A stretch of 64,000 bases of DNA from assembly GCA_951406725.2 (NCBI GenBank), contig OX597816.1, positions 50,034,001 to 50,098,000 of the forward strand. Reading direction: 5' to 3'. This DNA comes from Octopus vulgaris. Lineage: Eukaryota. Of the stretch, positions 28,101-43,716 are shown piece by piece. Each line of letters opens with the position of its first letter. Within the stretch, counting starts at the first letter, position 1. The notes under the pieces are model-generated. The model saw only the letters and a list, made by a program, of their open reading frames with translations, had not been told where the DNA came from and ran no database searches. The position numbers were made by a program, and so were the translations under genes.

Positions 28101-29625
28101 TTACCCCAAAGAACAAACGTCTGCATTTCCCTTAGTATCTATGTATATTCTGTATATTCTTCTTTGGTGGAGTCATTAATATAAAGTAATTCAAAGATAA
28201 AATTGATCACGCCGTTCGTTCGCACCGGTATGAGAACATCCGCACAGATCAGGATTACAAATACTTCCTGTAGGCCAAAACATTAAAAATGAAGCAACAA
28301 TCTAGGAATGCATTCATATATCACATTATGCTCATCTTAGCAGTTTATATTCTAGTTGGTACAATTTCGTATATACGTAATATAGCAGGACTCGTTTTCA
28401 ATGTCATTTATAATTGACTATATTACTATAAGTTATTGAAGTTAAACTGTTAAATTAGAGTCCTTTGAATTCATGTAAGTTAGGGAGGTAATTTACAGTA
28501 CTCTGTATTTTGGAAACGGATATACAAATGCATTGAATGAAATAAATTGACCGAATTGTTGAGATTTCATTGAGAATAAGAACACCAGATTGGACGCAAA
28601 AATTCTTGTCCCGAGTAAAAAATTAGTCTATATTCTTCGTTGTAATTCATGGGAAAATTTTACGAAATATGATGGATAGATATTCTAGTAAGTCATATTA
28701 ACATAATTTGAAAATTATCAACAACTAATTTTACTCAGAATATCGTACCACTCATAGGAAAATCACTTTCTTATGCAGGCACTGAAGATATCATGTCTAC
28801 TATATAATATGAACATTAAATATAGCCGGTTGGAAATCAAATAACACCTTCGACATCAATATAAACTATTATTGGATGGGATATAACAAGTCCGTATCTT
28901 GCAATAACTTATATTTCTGAATTCAGTAATCAGAATCTCTCTCGGTCTACCGGAAACTCTCTGTGGCTTAAATTGTCTTTGTCAATGCAATTCAAATATC
29001 TAAAGTCAAAACCTGTAGAATTTCTTTCATATTTTCATTGCACCTATCGAATGACAGACCTGTACCTTAATTTATCTTAGAAAGATCAAACAAAAACAAT
29101 TTCTTTGGAGAAGAATGTGAGACAGATCCCAGACATTTATAGAGGTTGAATATTGTGAGATATTCATAAATATTTAAAGATATGTTAAGGGGATAATCAT
29201 AAATAACTATAAATGTTAGTGAAACGATTATTTAAGCTGAACATATCACAATGTTATATACCCTTACGACATTGTAAAACAAAACTGGTGCTACGCTTTA
29301 TTCATTTCTCTTGGCCGAGACTTTAACAAATCTATCAATAACATAAAATTTCTTCGCCCCATATCCAATACTTTTCTTATGTGATGTTATTTATAAGAGT
29401 TTCGACCATATTTGATGTGTTAGAAAGATTTGTAGAACAACTCTGAAAACACATTCTTCTGTTTAAGGAATACAAATGCGGAAACAATATTAGTTACACA
29501 CATTGTCACAAAATATGTATCCGGATGAAAATTAGACCAACCGATTAGAGTTAAACAAGAAAAATAATACCAAATAGTAACAAAAATCAGTCATGAAACG
29601 AGGTATAATTGGCATCTGTATATAC

Positions 29626-29695
29626 CAGTGGTTCCCAATCCGTCTATTTAAATGAATTCTATCACGGCCCCCTTTTAGTATGCTTATCCTTATGC

Positions 29696-29746
<51 letters not shown>

Positions 29747-29811
29747 ACGGACCCCCAGTAATATCTTTGCGGACTACCAGGGATCCGCGGACATCAGGTT
29801 GGAAACTACTG
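29626..29811. mobile_element. hAT (Charlie-like) MITE with internal (TA)n
   Basis: TIRs CAGTGGTTCCCAATC and GGTTGGAAACTACTG; TSD not well preserved. Confidence 0.6.
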
Positions 29812-31365
29812 CTATACAAACATTTTAAGGTTGCAACCTCCGTACTTCACAGTGAGACAATTGCATAATTCCTTACACTTCCAACAATTTTCTGTACAAA
29901 GTTTGGAATATGCATTATGAAGAACGCTCCTCCATAGTCAGTAATGGCCGAGCTAAACGAAAAGTGTTTCTTAAATTATTCATGCTCACAAATAAAACAA
30001 CACAGAATAGAGACATTTACAAAAGCAGGCAACGAGCAAAATGAACCGCAAATAAATATCCTTATGGAATCAGTTTCAATCAATTGCATTTCCAAACAAA
30101 AACACAGACATTGTAAACTATTATGTGTAGCATAGGTATCTCCATATAACAATAGATAAACGAATTCGGTTATCAGACACGACTATAAGGGTTATGACAA
30201 GTGTAAATAAAATGTTTATAGAAGATATAAATAATATGACAACATTACAAGACACGCCTTTCGATGTCTAACATTAAGGCGTGTGCATATGCGAAAGAAT
30301 GTAAATATTTGTGCAGTGCTACTCCCACCGTCCTCTCCAAACACTTGATAGTTCACTTTGGCGCATATGCCAGATGCGTAAACAACTAGCATATCAAGTT
30401 TGAAGACAATTATTGATCAAGTAGTCGCGTCAAAATCATGAATTAGTGAGGAAGTACTTTTGCTAAATATTACTAAATATAACTGCCGCATTTTGGATCA
30501 TTTGGCAAACTAGAGATATTGATAAAATGTAGACCATCTTCCTATGATAATTTCATATTTATGTACATATACGCTTGCACAGCATGTGAAACCAGCAAAA
30601 GCTACTACACAGCTCACGTATAAACACAAGCATAGTTATACATTCTCACATATATACCATTTCTCTCTCATTCCCCCTCTCTCTCTAAACACACACACTT
30701 ACACAATATATATATATGCAAAGAGAGAGAGAGAGAGACAGACATACATAGAGAGGGAGAGAGAGAGAGACACACACAACATAAACTGGTGTGGTGGAAT
30801 AATGGTATACTGGTATTTAAAAGCAATTCATTTACTAATCATACTACATAGGATTGTGATGGTTTATGTAAATCTGTAAATCATTTACTTAAGAGACTTG
30901 TGATACACGAAATTTAACTCTATATTTATATATGAGAATGTATTCTTCATCTTTATATCGGGTCATATTTTCCATTGCGACTTTCTTCAAATTATGACAC
31001 TATGATGCAATAAGACGAAATTTGGTTGCTGTTTTTTAGGAAAAGCTTTTCATTACACAATCGGTCCTTGTTCGGTTCGAATTAACTTCCTTCGCTTTAA
31101 GATTCGTGTTTTTGGTGAAATTCATTTGAGAATGTGCGCACTCTGACCAGTCATGCGTAAGAAGTGTGGAAACACTCACACGTACAAGAAAATCTTCACA
31201 CATACAAGGACTTACATGCACACACACCATTTATTTACATCTTACTCGTTCCATTTCTTCTACTGTTGAAATCAAGGAAGGGACGTTACTAATTTACTAA
31301 TTTCTTAATCTCCTTAAGGAAGTACCTACCTATGACAATAATCTGAGAAGGTGGTAATGGTGAAA

Positions 31366-31455
<90 letters not shown>

Positions 31456-31603
31456 GTGTAGGTATCAGCTACAGTGGTTTAATACCTCCATATTCGGATT
31501 CTGTTATCTAATTAATTAAAGACATACCAGCGAAAACCACGAGTCTCCCAATGTTATTATATCCATTTTCTTCTCATATATATATATATATACATATATA
31601 TGT

Positions 31604-32082
<479 letters not shown>

Positions 32083-33686
32083 TCATCAATCATACTATTA
32101 TGAGCTCTAAATCTGTAAATAAGAAATTTGTACCTGCAGTTCATGATTGAACAGAAAATGGGATGGTCAGAGAGGAAAAAAATTGAGGCTACTTCTGGTA
32201 AATAAGAGGAGCAATTTGTTAGCGAAAAACAATTGGAGTTTCTTCATGGAAACATAATGCAATTATTCCTACTAAACGACTAGCTTTGTTAACATTTACA
32301 CAAAGGTGTGGCTGTTTTAAATTAGTTAGCCTAGAAATATGTCGATCCGTCTACGGACTTTAGTAGTTGTTAGATACTACTGAGATTCATGCAGTGTATA
32401 TCATGCCTAGATTTCTGTGTGTTTACAACCTAAAGATAATCTTTAGGTTGCTGATAGTTTGCATAATCGAAATGAATGTTTGGCATCATGGGTAGAAAAC
32501 AATATTTAGAGAGATACAATTATTAGGGAGGGGAAATCGGACACTTAGTTCATTGAGATGCGGTAAAAAAACTTTTATGAATTGCAGCAGTATCCGTCTG
32601 GTTTTTCAGGTATTAAGACGTTGGAAAAACTCATCAGTTGAACTGTTTTTGAACGGAACACTTAGTCCTTGTAACGTAGTTATTTTTGCCACCTGTATAT
32701 ATTGTTATATATATATTAGATGGTTTGGGGAGATCATCAGATATTGTAAGGCGAATCATATGCAGGTATTCTCTGGGTTATTATTCATGTTGTCAAATGC
32801 TATACAGGTGGATAATGCACGCAGGTCTTTCCTTAATATGTGAATTACGTGTGCTCCTGATGTTAGGGACAATATTTTCACGGACTCGTTGCAATATATT
32901 TTGCTGAAGGTTTCTATAGGTATAAATACTGCTGATTTGGAAATAGGTAACTAGTTTGCATAACATGTATTTTCAAGCTTAATGCATCACAAATGTGGTG
33001 CAACCTGCATAGGAGTTCGTGTTTTTAGAGCAACAGCAGATAAGTCCTTATTGTAGTCTTTAAAATGTGTGGTAGATATACCCACGTATCGAGGCAATTC
33101 GGAATTGATAACGTGTGACAGTCAACTCTCATGAGGATTGTCGCTGACTCACACGCCATGAACTGTGATCTGACGTGCAGCTCCTAAAGTAGGAACAATG
33201 CATATAAAACCCATGGACTGATAGTATAACCAGGTGGAATCAATGAGCCTCAGCAGCATAACGTCTCTGTACCAGAAATTACAAGAAGCCATCCTCCAGA
33301 ACGCAATTTCAAAATAGAATTAAGTCTAAACAGATGGTTTAGAAACAGAAACAGGTGAGAATTTTGTTTCACAAAGTAACACGGTACAGGTGTTGGGTCT
33401 TAATGGTTACTTCAGGTCCAAGTAGGATAGGATTTCACCAATTCTGAAGAAGGAAGAAAATCCTTTAAATGACGATACATCTTAAATTCGAAAATTTCAA
33501 AATAGATGTTATAGCAGGACTTGTGAATATCCAAATACATTCGAAAGATTCGCGACAAAATTTTGTACTTTTCTTAGAGTGAGAATACTTCCAAATAACA
33601 AAGAGGAACATGCTTTCTGCGATGCGGTTATAATGTTATACACGTCAAGCATAGTGCTTCATATATCATCGTATCTTTTATCGTTA

Positions 33687-33905
33687 ATTTCTTTCAGTCA
33701 TTGGACTGAGGTCATAGTGGGCGACAGCGTTGAAACTTTTATTCGAAGAAATCGACTACTGTGATTCTAAGCCTGGTATTTTTTCTACAAAATCCTTTTT
33801 GTCGAACTTCTAAGCAACTGGGACCTAAACGAAGCAACACATTTTCAAGTACAGATAGGAGACAAGCACAAACATAAATACACACACGCACACACATAAA
33901 TACAC
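33687..33905 (-). mobile_element. SINE family A, degraded partial copy
   Basis: TTTCAGTCATTGGACTG...AAGCCTGGTA...TTTTGTCGAAC. Confidence 0.55.
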
Positions 33906-33908
33906 ACA

Positions 33909-33951
<43 letters not shown>

Positions 33952-34052
33952 AAGCATATTACTCTACCACTGGTATTTGAGTACTCTTTTTTCCACCTTG
34001 TTTCACATTTATGTGTTTACTCCGGTATATATATATATATATATACATATAT

Positions 34053-34349
34053 CACCGTAATCACCGTAACCGTCCAGGCTATCAGATGTTGCTACACATC
34101 ACTAGTCACAATGCGCTTCGCATTGTTTTAGCCTTCAAATGACGCCACCCCGCTGGCTAAGCGAGCTAGCCAACAGATGAAAGTTGTGGCGGAAAAGTAC
34201 AGCAGGGATCGCCACTATCCCCTGCTGGAGCCGCGTGGAGCTTTAGGTGTTTTCGCACAATAAACACTCACAACGTCCGGTCTGGGAATCGAAACCGCGA
34301 TCCTACAACCGCGAGTCCACTGCCCTAACCACTGGGCCATTGCGCCTCC
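34053..34349 (-). mobile_element. SINE family B, full-length
   Basis: Reverse complement of 31726-32030 with high similarity. Confidence 0.85.
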
Positions 34350-34412
34350 ACATATATACAAATATATACATAAATATATATATGTTTATGATGAGCGTAT
34401 GTGTATACCTGA

Positions 34413-35425
34413 TCTATACTTAAAAGGAAGTTTTCCCAGAAATCCTGTCTTTTACCTGTTGTTTCTAGCATGACCAATATGATATTTGCGCCACCCTCCC
34501 ACTTCTTTGTTTCTTAAATTTCTTCTCATTCCTATATTTTCGATACGGGAGATGAGGATTTCGCCGCCAAATCACGTTCTCCATATTTTAATTTTCTCCT
34601 TCCCAACACCAATTTCTTCATGTTTTTTACTTTTTACCAATTTTTTTCTTGGTAATCCACGGAGAAAAACAGAGAATACGAATATTCAAGAACCTTTACG
34701 AAATTTTTTCTTAAAGAAACACTAAAATCTCATTCCCAAACATACACCCATCACCTCACCACTTTCAAAAAGCTACAAACTCCCAGTTATTCACTTTTTG
34801 CTTTCTGGAAAACGGGGTGAGTTTCTTCAGAAATAACGTCGTTTACCTGTTATTTCTAGCATGTCGGGTTTTCTAGTGGCGGCCTGGTAGTTTTAAGTCT
34901 GCTATTTCAGTACAAATCTACGCATGCATGAAACATCAGACAAAAGTGGAGTTTTAGCTTATGAAAGCGGGTAGGTTTAGCTTAATCGTGGGGTTTAGCT
35001 TATGAAAGTGGGTAGGTGATGGATGGGCGAGGTATAAGAAAGGGAATAAAAATTTAATTTTAAAAGAAATATACATATTTCCCACATGCATATTCTGTGT
35101 GTTTCTCTACGTGGATAAAACATCGAAAAAGGTTACAGATTAAGAAATTGCGGTGTGAACGGGGTAAATCAAAATTTTGAAAACCTGACTTTTGGGCAAA
35201 ATGGCATTGACCCCCTACATAGAAATACAAAAGAAAGCATTCTCATGCAAGCCCATGCAAATGGTATCTTACTCCTTTCAGGTTTAAGCAAACAATAACT
35301 TCCATTACGCCAGTAATCCAGTTCATTATATATAAGCGGTGTCGATTCTCTCCATAAGAAAGGTAAAGATTATATAATGTGGCTGAGGATCATAACATCC
35401 GGACAACGCCGGGTTGCATAGCCAG
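34413..35425 (+). mobile_element. Non-autonomous Helitron-like element
   Basis: Starts A|TCTATAC and ends with the GC hairpin CCGGACAACGCCGG ~12 nt before CCAG|T (degenerate CTAG). No TSD. Confidence 0.55.
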
Positions 35426-36974
35426 TGTGTGTTTGTGTGTGTGTGTATTTATATATATACCTGTGTGTGTGTGTGTGTGTGTTACCGCACTTTAGTCGGC
35501 TCGGTAAGATGCACTATCCAAAATGGCACTGGTGGGACACAACATGAAGACGTGACTTGAAGCACTTTTGTTATCACCCAGCCACGCGTAGGCCAGTAAT
35601 TGTATTAAGTCGAATTGCTTTCTGGAAGTTTATAAACTATCTGCTTATGCAGATATACCTTAGTAGCACATTGACAAAAATATATGTGTGAATGTGCTGG
35701 GGAGCATGTGTGGGTAAGATTGCAGACATATGGATTGATGAATGTACATAAAGCTTATATAATATAAACCAGAACTTTGAATGAGAAAGATGTATGGTAT
35801 TCAATATTTCTACACATCGAGTTTGGTTGACTCCGAATTTAATAAAACTAAATCCTGGATAATAGGAATATAAAACCTTCAAGAATATAACTGCATGTTA
35901 GAAGTATGTTTTTAAGCTACAGAATATCAAAATCAGCAGATTAGTTTGGCCAGTAAAAAGAATACGGGCACGATAAAAATAATGTTTCTTAATATAACCT
36001 GTGAATAATATATTTGGTACGTTATCAAATAACAAGTTATCTTTAATCTATTAAAAAGCACAAAATGCTGTTGTAACCAAAATCTACTGTTTACAGATTT
36101 TGAATGAAGTTCAATTGTTTATCATATAGAATTCGTCATATATTTATACTAAGAAAAAAATGTATATTTTTGCTGGATTTTTTCTGATCTTAGCAAATCC
36201 AATTGTTTACATGAAACTGCGAAAAACGTACCGAAGTTTTACATGCGTAGAAGCTAACTTAATAGCTTATTGCTGTTGAAGAAGACAACAGTATTTGATT
36301 CACACAAGGAAAGAAACAACAAGCTATATATTATTTACTTAGAATTGAAGAAGCAGAAAATGCGCTTATTTATCGAAAGAAATAAAGTAAAAAAATAGCC
36401 AAATTATTTTCATCCCTGTTTGAAATAAGACACACATGCTAACTCGCATTAGTGTGCGTGTACTTGGGCGCGCATGTCACTATGTATGTATGCATGTATG
36501 CATGTATGTATGTATGTATGTATGTATGTATGTATGTAGGTGTGTATGTATGTATGTGTATAAAATGTGCGTTTTATGTTTGTGTGAGCGTATTTAAGTG
36601 CGCATGCTGTGTGTTTGTACGTGTGTACCTACGGATGAGTGTATGTTTACGTAGGTATGAAATCCCATTACCATTCCCTGAAAAACATGCCGGCAGATTT
36701 TAATTTTTCCGACTTTCATGGCTTGTGTGTAACAACATACTGTAATATCACGAAGAATGACATTTGCAACCAATATTTTCTATTAGAATTATCATTCAAA
36801 TTTAATACGCATGCGTACCTAATCTTCCAAACGCATCATCATCGTCAATACCGACGTTCCCATCAACATTATCGTTGTCTTCATTTACTGCAAGAATTTA
36901 GCCTGGGATAGAGGGACATTGCCTTTGATTTTTCAGGAAGTTGCATGCTGACTAGAATGATAACTTTGAAGTGC

Positions 36975-38718
<1,744 letters not shown>

Positions 38719-38747
38719 TAATAATAATAATAACAATAATAATGATG

Positions 38748-39264
38748 AATGCTCTGATGCAGTACCAGGCAGTGGCTCTCGTGGTTTCTGATCTTAACTG
38801 ATTGGAAGTAGTTATCATGTACATTGTTTTGTCTTGGTATAAAAGATGGGCTGTAGCAAATATTCTGCTCAATACTACAGATTTGCTTGTCAGTTGTTTG
38901 ACCTTAAGCAGTTGACCATGCCCCTTAGTGTCTGACGATATGTGCATCTCTGATCACAAGCAGACGTAGTGGAGGGAGCATCATAGCCGTGTGTTGAAAG
39001 GAATTCTTAGAGATTTGAATAATTCACCTTTAAACAACCCTTATTCAGCGGGATGGGTTACTCGACCAGAAGAAAATTCTAACCGGGCCCCACCTGCAAG
39101 GTCATGTGCTGTTTATCTTGATATGAGATCACCATGTTGCGCAAACATGGTTGTGATGCATGTGCCTGGTGTACTCTTATCAGACAGGTAGTCATGATGA
39201 GTATACTGGGTTTCATATATTTTACCCCATTGTCACTTTGATGGCATGCACTGCTCTCTCATTT
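38748..39264 (+). mobile_element. Non-coding interspersed element embedded in (AAT)n (second copy 62396-62814)
   Basis: Aligns in reverse with 62396-62814 (CAGATTTGCTTGTCAGTTG...GGCCCCACCTGCAAGGTCATG...GTCACTTTGATGGCATGCACT). AAT repeats on both sides. Confidence 0.8.
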
Positions 39265-39389
39265 AATAATAATCATAATAATAATAATAATATTAACAAT
39301 AATAATAATAATAATAATAATAATAGTTGTTATTGTTGTTGGTGTTCTTCTTCTTCTTCTTCCTCTTCTCCTTTTTTTCTTCTTCTTCA

Positions 39390-40170
39390 TCTTTCTATTT
39401 CAGGTTTTGCAACTTCCGAAGTCTTGCATGCTCAGCATGCTTGCTGCCGGGAGTTTACACTAGAATGATATTTGTTCTTTTCAACTAATACTTTCTTCAT
39501 TATTCTAGCCGTGTCAAGGTGTCAAACCTTTTGTAACAGTTCTAGTAGGCACTGTATTCCGATCTCTTTTATATTCCTCTTGGTGCTTTCTGGTACTGTC
39601 TGCAAGAAACCAACAATAATTGGCACTACCTGCACCTTCGTCATTCTCCATAAGCGGAGTATTTCGTATATAAGATGATTGTATGTGATATTATTATTAT
39701 TGTTGTTGTTGTTGTTGATGTTGTTATCATCATCATAATTATCATCTTCATCATTACAAGTATTATTATTATTCAATGTGTGCAAGAAGATTTTTACATT
39801 CGGAATCAATTTAATAGCAGGCCACATCCAGTTTCCTTAGATATCGAGGATCTCACAATCCTTGTTTTTTCCCCCAATGATGCACAATTTTTCCCCCTTG
39901 TTCAGACTGATTATTATTGGTCGCCTTGCTTGAAGTTCGTAACCAGTCTGTATTTAAAAATGATTTCCCATTTTGTCTTAAACTGGACGTTCACTGTGTT
40001 GGTACAATTTTCTTCATACTTCAATTCCTATTTGCCGTAGTATGTCCTAGTGTAGTACCTTTTCTACACAGTCTTGTATGCGTGTATATTCGTTCTCTAC
40101 CAAAGACCTACAAGAACTTAGTGGGTTCCTCTTTCTCATTACGTACTCTGCAATTTGTACTTTTCTATTC
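39390..40170 (-). pseudogene. Degraded R4/Dong-like 3' fragment (zinc knuckle and REL endonuclease), split by a microsatellite
   Basis: YEILRLWRMTKVQVVPIIVGFLQTVP...LELLQK and a CRV..EKEE zinc-knuckle relic. Confidence 0.7.
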
Positions 40171-40504
40171 TTGATATGCATTGATATTCGTTGATATTCA
40201 CGATCCTTCCTTTCCTCGCGTTGATATTCGTTGATATTCGTAATCCTTCCATTTCTTGATTATTATCTCCAATCTTCAACCATTAGAAAGATTCCTCTGC
40301 TGCGACGTCCTGCGTTTGTCTGAGATAGAGGCTGAGTAGTGCATTTCCCCAGACGTTTCTTTGTCGCTCCTGCTACTTTTTTTCCCTTCTCCACAGCTTA
40401 TTTCTCCTCTTCTCTGACAGCTGTTATCTATCTTTCTGAGATGCTCCTCACGTACTCTTCTGTATCACGTTTTACTTTCTCTACACAGAATTATATTGTC
40501 CCCG

Positions 40505-41280
40505 TCCCTTTATGGTAGGTATAACCTGCATGTGTACTCTTTCTGAGCCAGACTTTCACAAGCAGGTGTGTCACGCTTTCGACCCTCTTCCCACATGTTC
40601 TGCAGTGTTTCGTTGTACTTGTGTGTTATATATCTCTCTTCACTGAGTTGGTATTGAATGTCTGATCCTGGACAGCGATAGTTAGGCTTTCGGTATGCTT
40701 CTTTGGGCCACCCTTGCTGAGCCATTTTCATGATGCTTCTTGGGCGTTTAAGTTCTTAGTTTCAGAGTGGAACTGACCAAGTAACTCCACGTGGAGTAGG
40801 GTTTCTTCTCTCTCGTTGGCTGCTCGTGATTGAAATTCATGATCAATCTTGAGTCCATTTTTGGTCAATCCTTCTACACTAGCAGTATACAGTAACAGGC
40901 TCTGTTTGCTATTTACCAAATGTTTTGCCATATTTCTTCCTTCACTGTTGATGCACTCCCGTATGCCAATCAGCCCACATTAACTTTTACTCCTATTAAT
41001 GTGTACATTTACCTGAGGGTTGAAGGCATCAAGTATAGTCATTGTCTTTCTAGTAGAGCGGTCGAGATATTTAATCTCCGCTTGTTCCCATTTCAGGATA
41101 GGTGCATTATAAGAGACTACAGAAACAATCCATATGTTGATGGTAGTCACAAATTTTCTTGAGTTGAATTTTGACTTCAAGAGATTTTTGAGTTGCAAGA
41201 TATTTTCCAGCTCCGGGATTCCATGTAACTTGAACCCTTCTTCATCTGGGTCTTCCATCCTCTCTCTGTTTGGCAATTCT
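40505..41280 (-). pseudogene. Degraded R4/Dong-like fragment (RT thumb to zinc knuckle)
   Basis: LLKSKFNSRKFVTTINIWIVSVVSY...WEQAEIKYLDRSTRKTMT, LLGQF, and CRTCGKRVESVTH...CESLAQKEY. Confidence 0.75.
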
Positions 41281-41364
41281 ATGCCCCTACAATATGCTCT
41301 TTGTTATTTTTACTAATTGTGATCTTGTTGTTATTGTCTTTTATTATTATCATATTATCATACT

Positions 41365-41661
41365 CTTTCTCTTTTACTTATTTCAGTCATTTGACTGTGG
41401 CCATGCAGGAGCAACGCGTTTTAGTAGAGCAAATCGTCCCCAGGACTCATTCTTTGTAAGCCTAGTCCTTATTCTATTGGTCTCTTTTGCCGAACCGCTA
41501 AGTTAGGGCGACGTAAACGCACCAGCATCGTCTGTCAAGCGATTTGGGGAGGGGGTGGAGCAAAGACATACGCACAAACATACAAACATACATATATACA
41601 CATATACGACATGCTGTAGTTGGTAAGCAAGCTACGTACCACACAGCCACTCCTACGCCTA
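41365..41661 (-). mobile_element. SINE family A with internal deletion
   Basis: TTTCAGTCATTTGACTGTGGCCATGC...TTTTGCCGAACCGCTAAGTT...CACACAGCCACTCCTACGCCTA. Confidence 0.8.
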
Positions 41662-41686
41662 TTATTATTATCATCATTATCATTGC

Positions 41687-41719
<33 letters not shown>

Positions 41720-41953
41720 TTTTTTTTTTCTTCTTTCAAATTTGCTTCCATTTCTTGCCGAGTGTCTTCCCGACTCCTAGGGCAAAGAAACTCATAGTGT
41801 ATATTGGTAGGCCATTAAACCAAACTCAGTAGTTCGTTCATTTTTTTTTTTTTTTTAAGTTAAATTAAAATACATGAGCAGCAACAGTTCTCACATCGAC
41901 AATGCTCTTCTCAATACGTGTCTCACATCGACAATGCTCTTCTCAATACGTGT
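41720..41953 (-). mobile_element. Very short 5'-truncated R4/Dong-like copy (last codons and 3'UTR) in (ATT)n
   Basis: Minus strand encodes HVLRRALSM*, compare HILRKILSM* at 43228. Flanked by ATT tracts; 32-bp tandem duplication at the 5' junction. Confidence 0.65.
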
Positions 41954-41968
41954 TTATTATTATTATTA

Positions 41969-42026
<58 letters not shown>

Positions 42027-42070
42027 CATTAAAAAAATAACATTTCACGTAAACGGTTCTTGAAAATAGA

Positions 42071-42975
42071 TAGACAATAAGAAAAGCGTGATGCGAATTG
42101 TAATAGATTGTTTATTTAACGGTGTGAATGATATTTCGACAGATCGTTTGTCTTCAAGTTCAAAATGTAAAATGAAGGCAACTCCAGAAATAAGTTTTCA
42201 ATTTTGTAACTGTTAATAAGGAAAAAGAAAGAAAAATGAGGGAAGAAAGAAGAAAAGGGTAAAGAGAAAAGAAAATGCAAAGAAAAAGAAATTGCAAAGA
42301 AAAAAGAAAAAAAATATTTAGTCGAACGGTTTTGTTACTCTATTCCTTCCTACAAATACATTTGCCCTTATGAACGTTGAGAATTGTGTAGTAGATTCAG
42401 AATAATTTCTCAGAATGTGCAGTTTCGGGTATCCTCAAAATTGCGCCCGCTAGATGTAAATAACTAGAGTATTGGTTCATGACAATTCTGGGGTTTGAAT
42501 GTCATCAGTAACTGCCGACATAACCTCCGAACATTTTACATCAAGCGGCTCCAATTTTGAGAAACACCTGGAAGTGAACATTCTCAGAAAATATTCTGAA
42601 TCAACCACACTTTTAGTCCTCAAAATGCAGGAAGACAAATATATTTGTGAATTACTAACGTCATCTCCTGGAGGAATTAATAAAGTGACAGGTAAGTTTC
42701 ATCAGGTTTACAATAAACGGTTCAACTAAATATCCTTTTCATCTTTCTTCCGTTTTCCTTTTTCTTTTTTTCTTTAACCAAAATCGTAAACTGATGATGT
42801 CATGCCATCAAAATGTGAACATAGGGTTTCCTCGTTTATATTTTGAATTCCTGTGTTCCTTTTTTCATTTTCATTTTACATTTTGAACTTGAAGACAGAC
42901 GATCTGTCCAAATATCGTTCAAACCATTAAATAGGCAATCAATTACGAATCGCATCGCGCTCCTCTTATTGTCTA
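42071..42975. mobile_element. 905-bp foldback (long inverted repeat) DNA element
   Basis: Ends TAGACAATAAG and CTTATTGTCTA. Arms 42071-42176 / 42870-42975 and 42350-42462 / 42533-42650 are reverse complements; centre ATGACAATTC...GAATGTCAT near 42490. Confidence 0.8.
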
Positions 42976-42992
42976 TGATTATTATTATTATT

Positions 42993-43716
42993 CTATGTTT
43001 GACTTTTGCTTTATGTCTGTACAAGTTGGCTCCAAGTCTCACCCAGAGACCTCAAGAGACAACAGGTTGGAAGTTCTGTGCCATATATTTGGGGGTTTTT
43101 TGGTGTTGTACTAGTGAATGTCTAATACATAAAAATAAAATTTAAAAAATAAATAAATAAATAAAATAAAATAAAATAAAATAAATAAATAAATAAATTT
43201 TAAAAAAGTTTGTTTTAAACCTTGGGATTACATAGAGAGTATTTTGCGTAGGATATGAGCAGTTCCCATGAGCACTATCTTTTGAATTTCTGCTATTTTG
43301 GGGTTTCCTGGTATCTGAGTTAGGTAGCAATTAGTTCCTTTCGCTATCATTCCCAGGGTACCTATGACAACAGGTATTGTTTTAGTCTTCAGGTTCCACA
43401 TTTTGCTGATTTCTATTTCAAGATCTTTATATTTGCTCAGTTTTTGGTAGGTCTTGACAGATACGTTTATATCGATTGGGACAGTCATATCAATGAGGAG
43501 GCATGTTCTTTGTCTGAAGTCTTTCAATATAATGTCTGGCCTATTTGCATCTATTTTCCTGTCAGTTTGAATGGTGAAGTTCCAGAGGAGTGAGATGTGG
43601 TCATTTTCAAGCACTGGAGGTGGATTGTGTTCCCACCAGTTTTTTTCATGGGGCAAATCCAGGTTTTTGCAAATTACCCAGTGAATATATTGTGCGGCAA
43701 ATCCAGGTTTTTGCAA

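Noticed and set aside
28865-29080. Open frame containing STGNSLWLKL, reminiscent of a CUB-domain strand
   Set aside because: Other CUB residues and suitable splice sites are absent; likely chance.
42499-42729. 76-aa ORF
   Set aside because: Lies in one arm of the foldback element; no domain.
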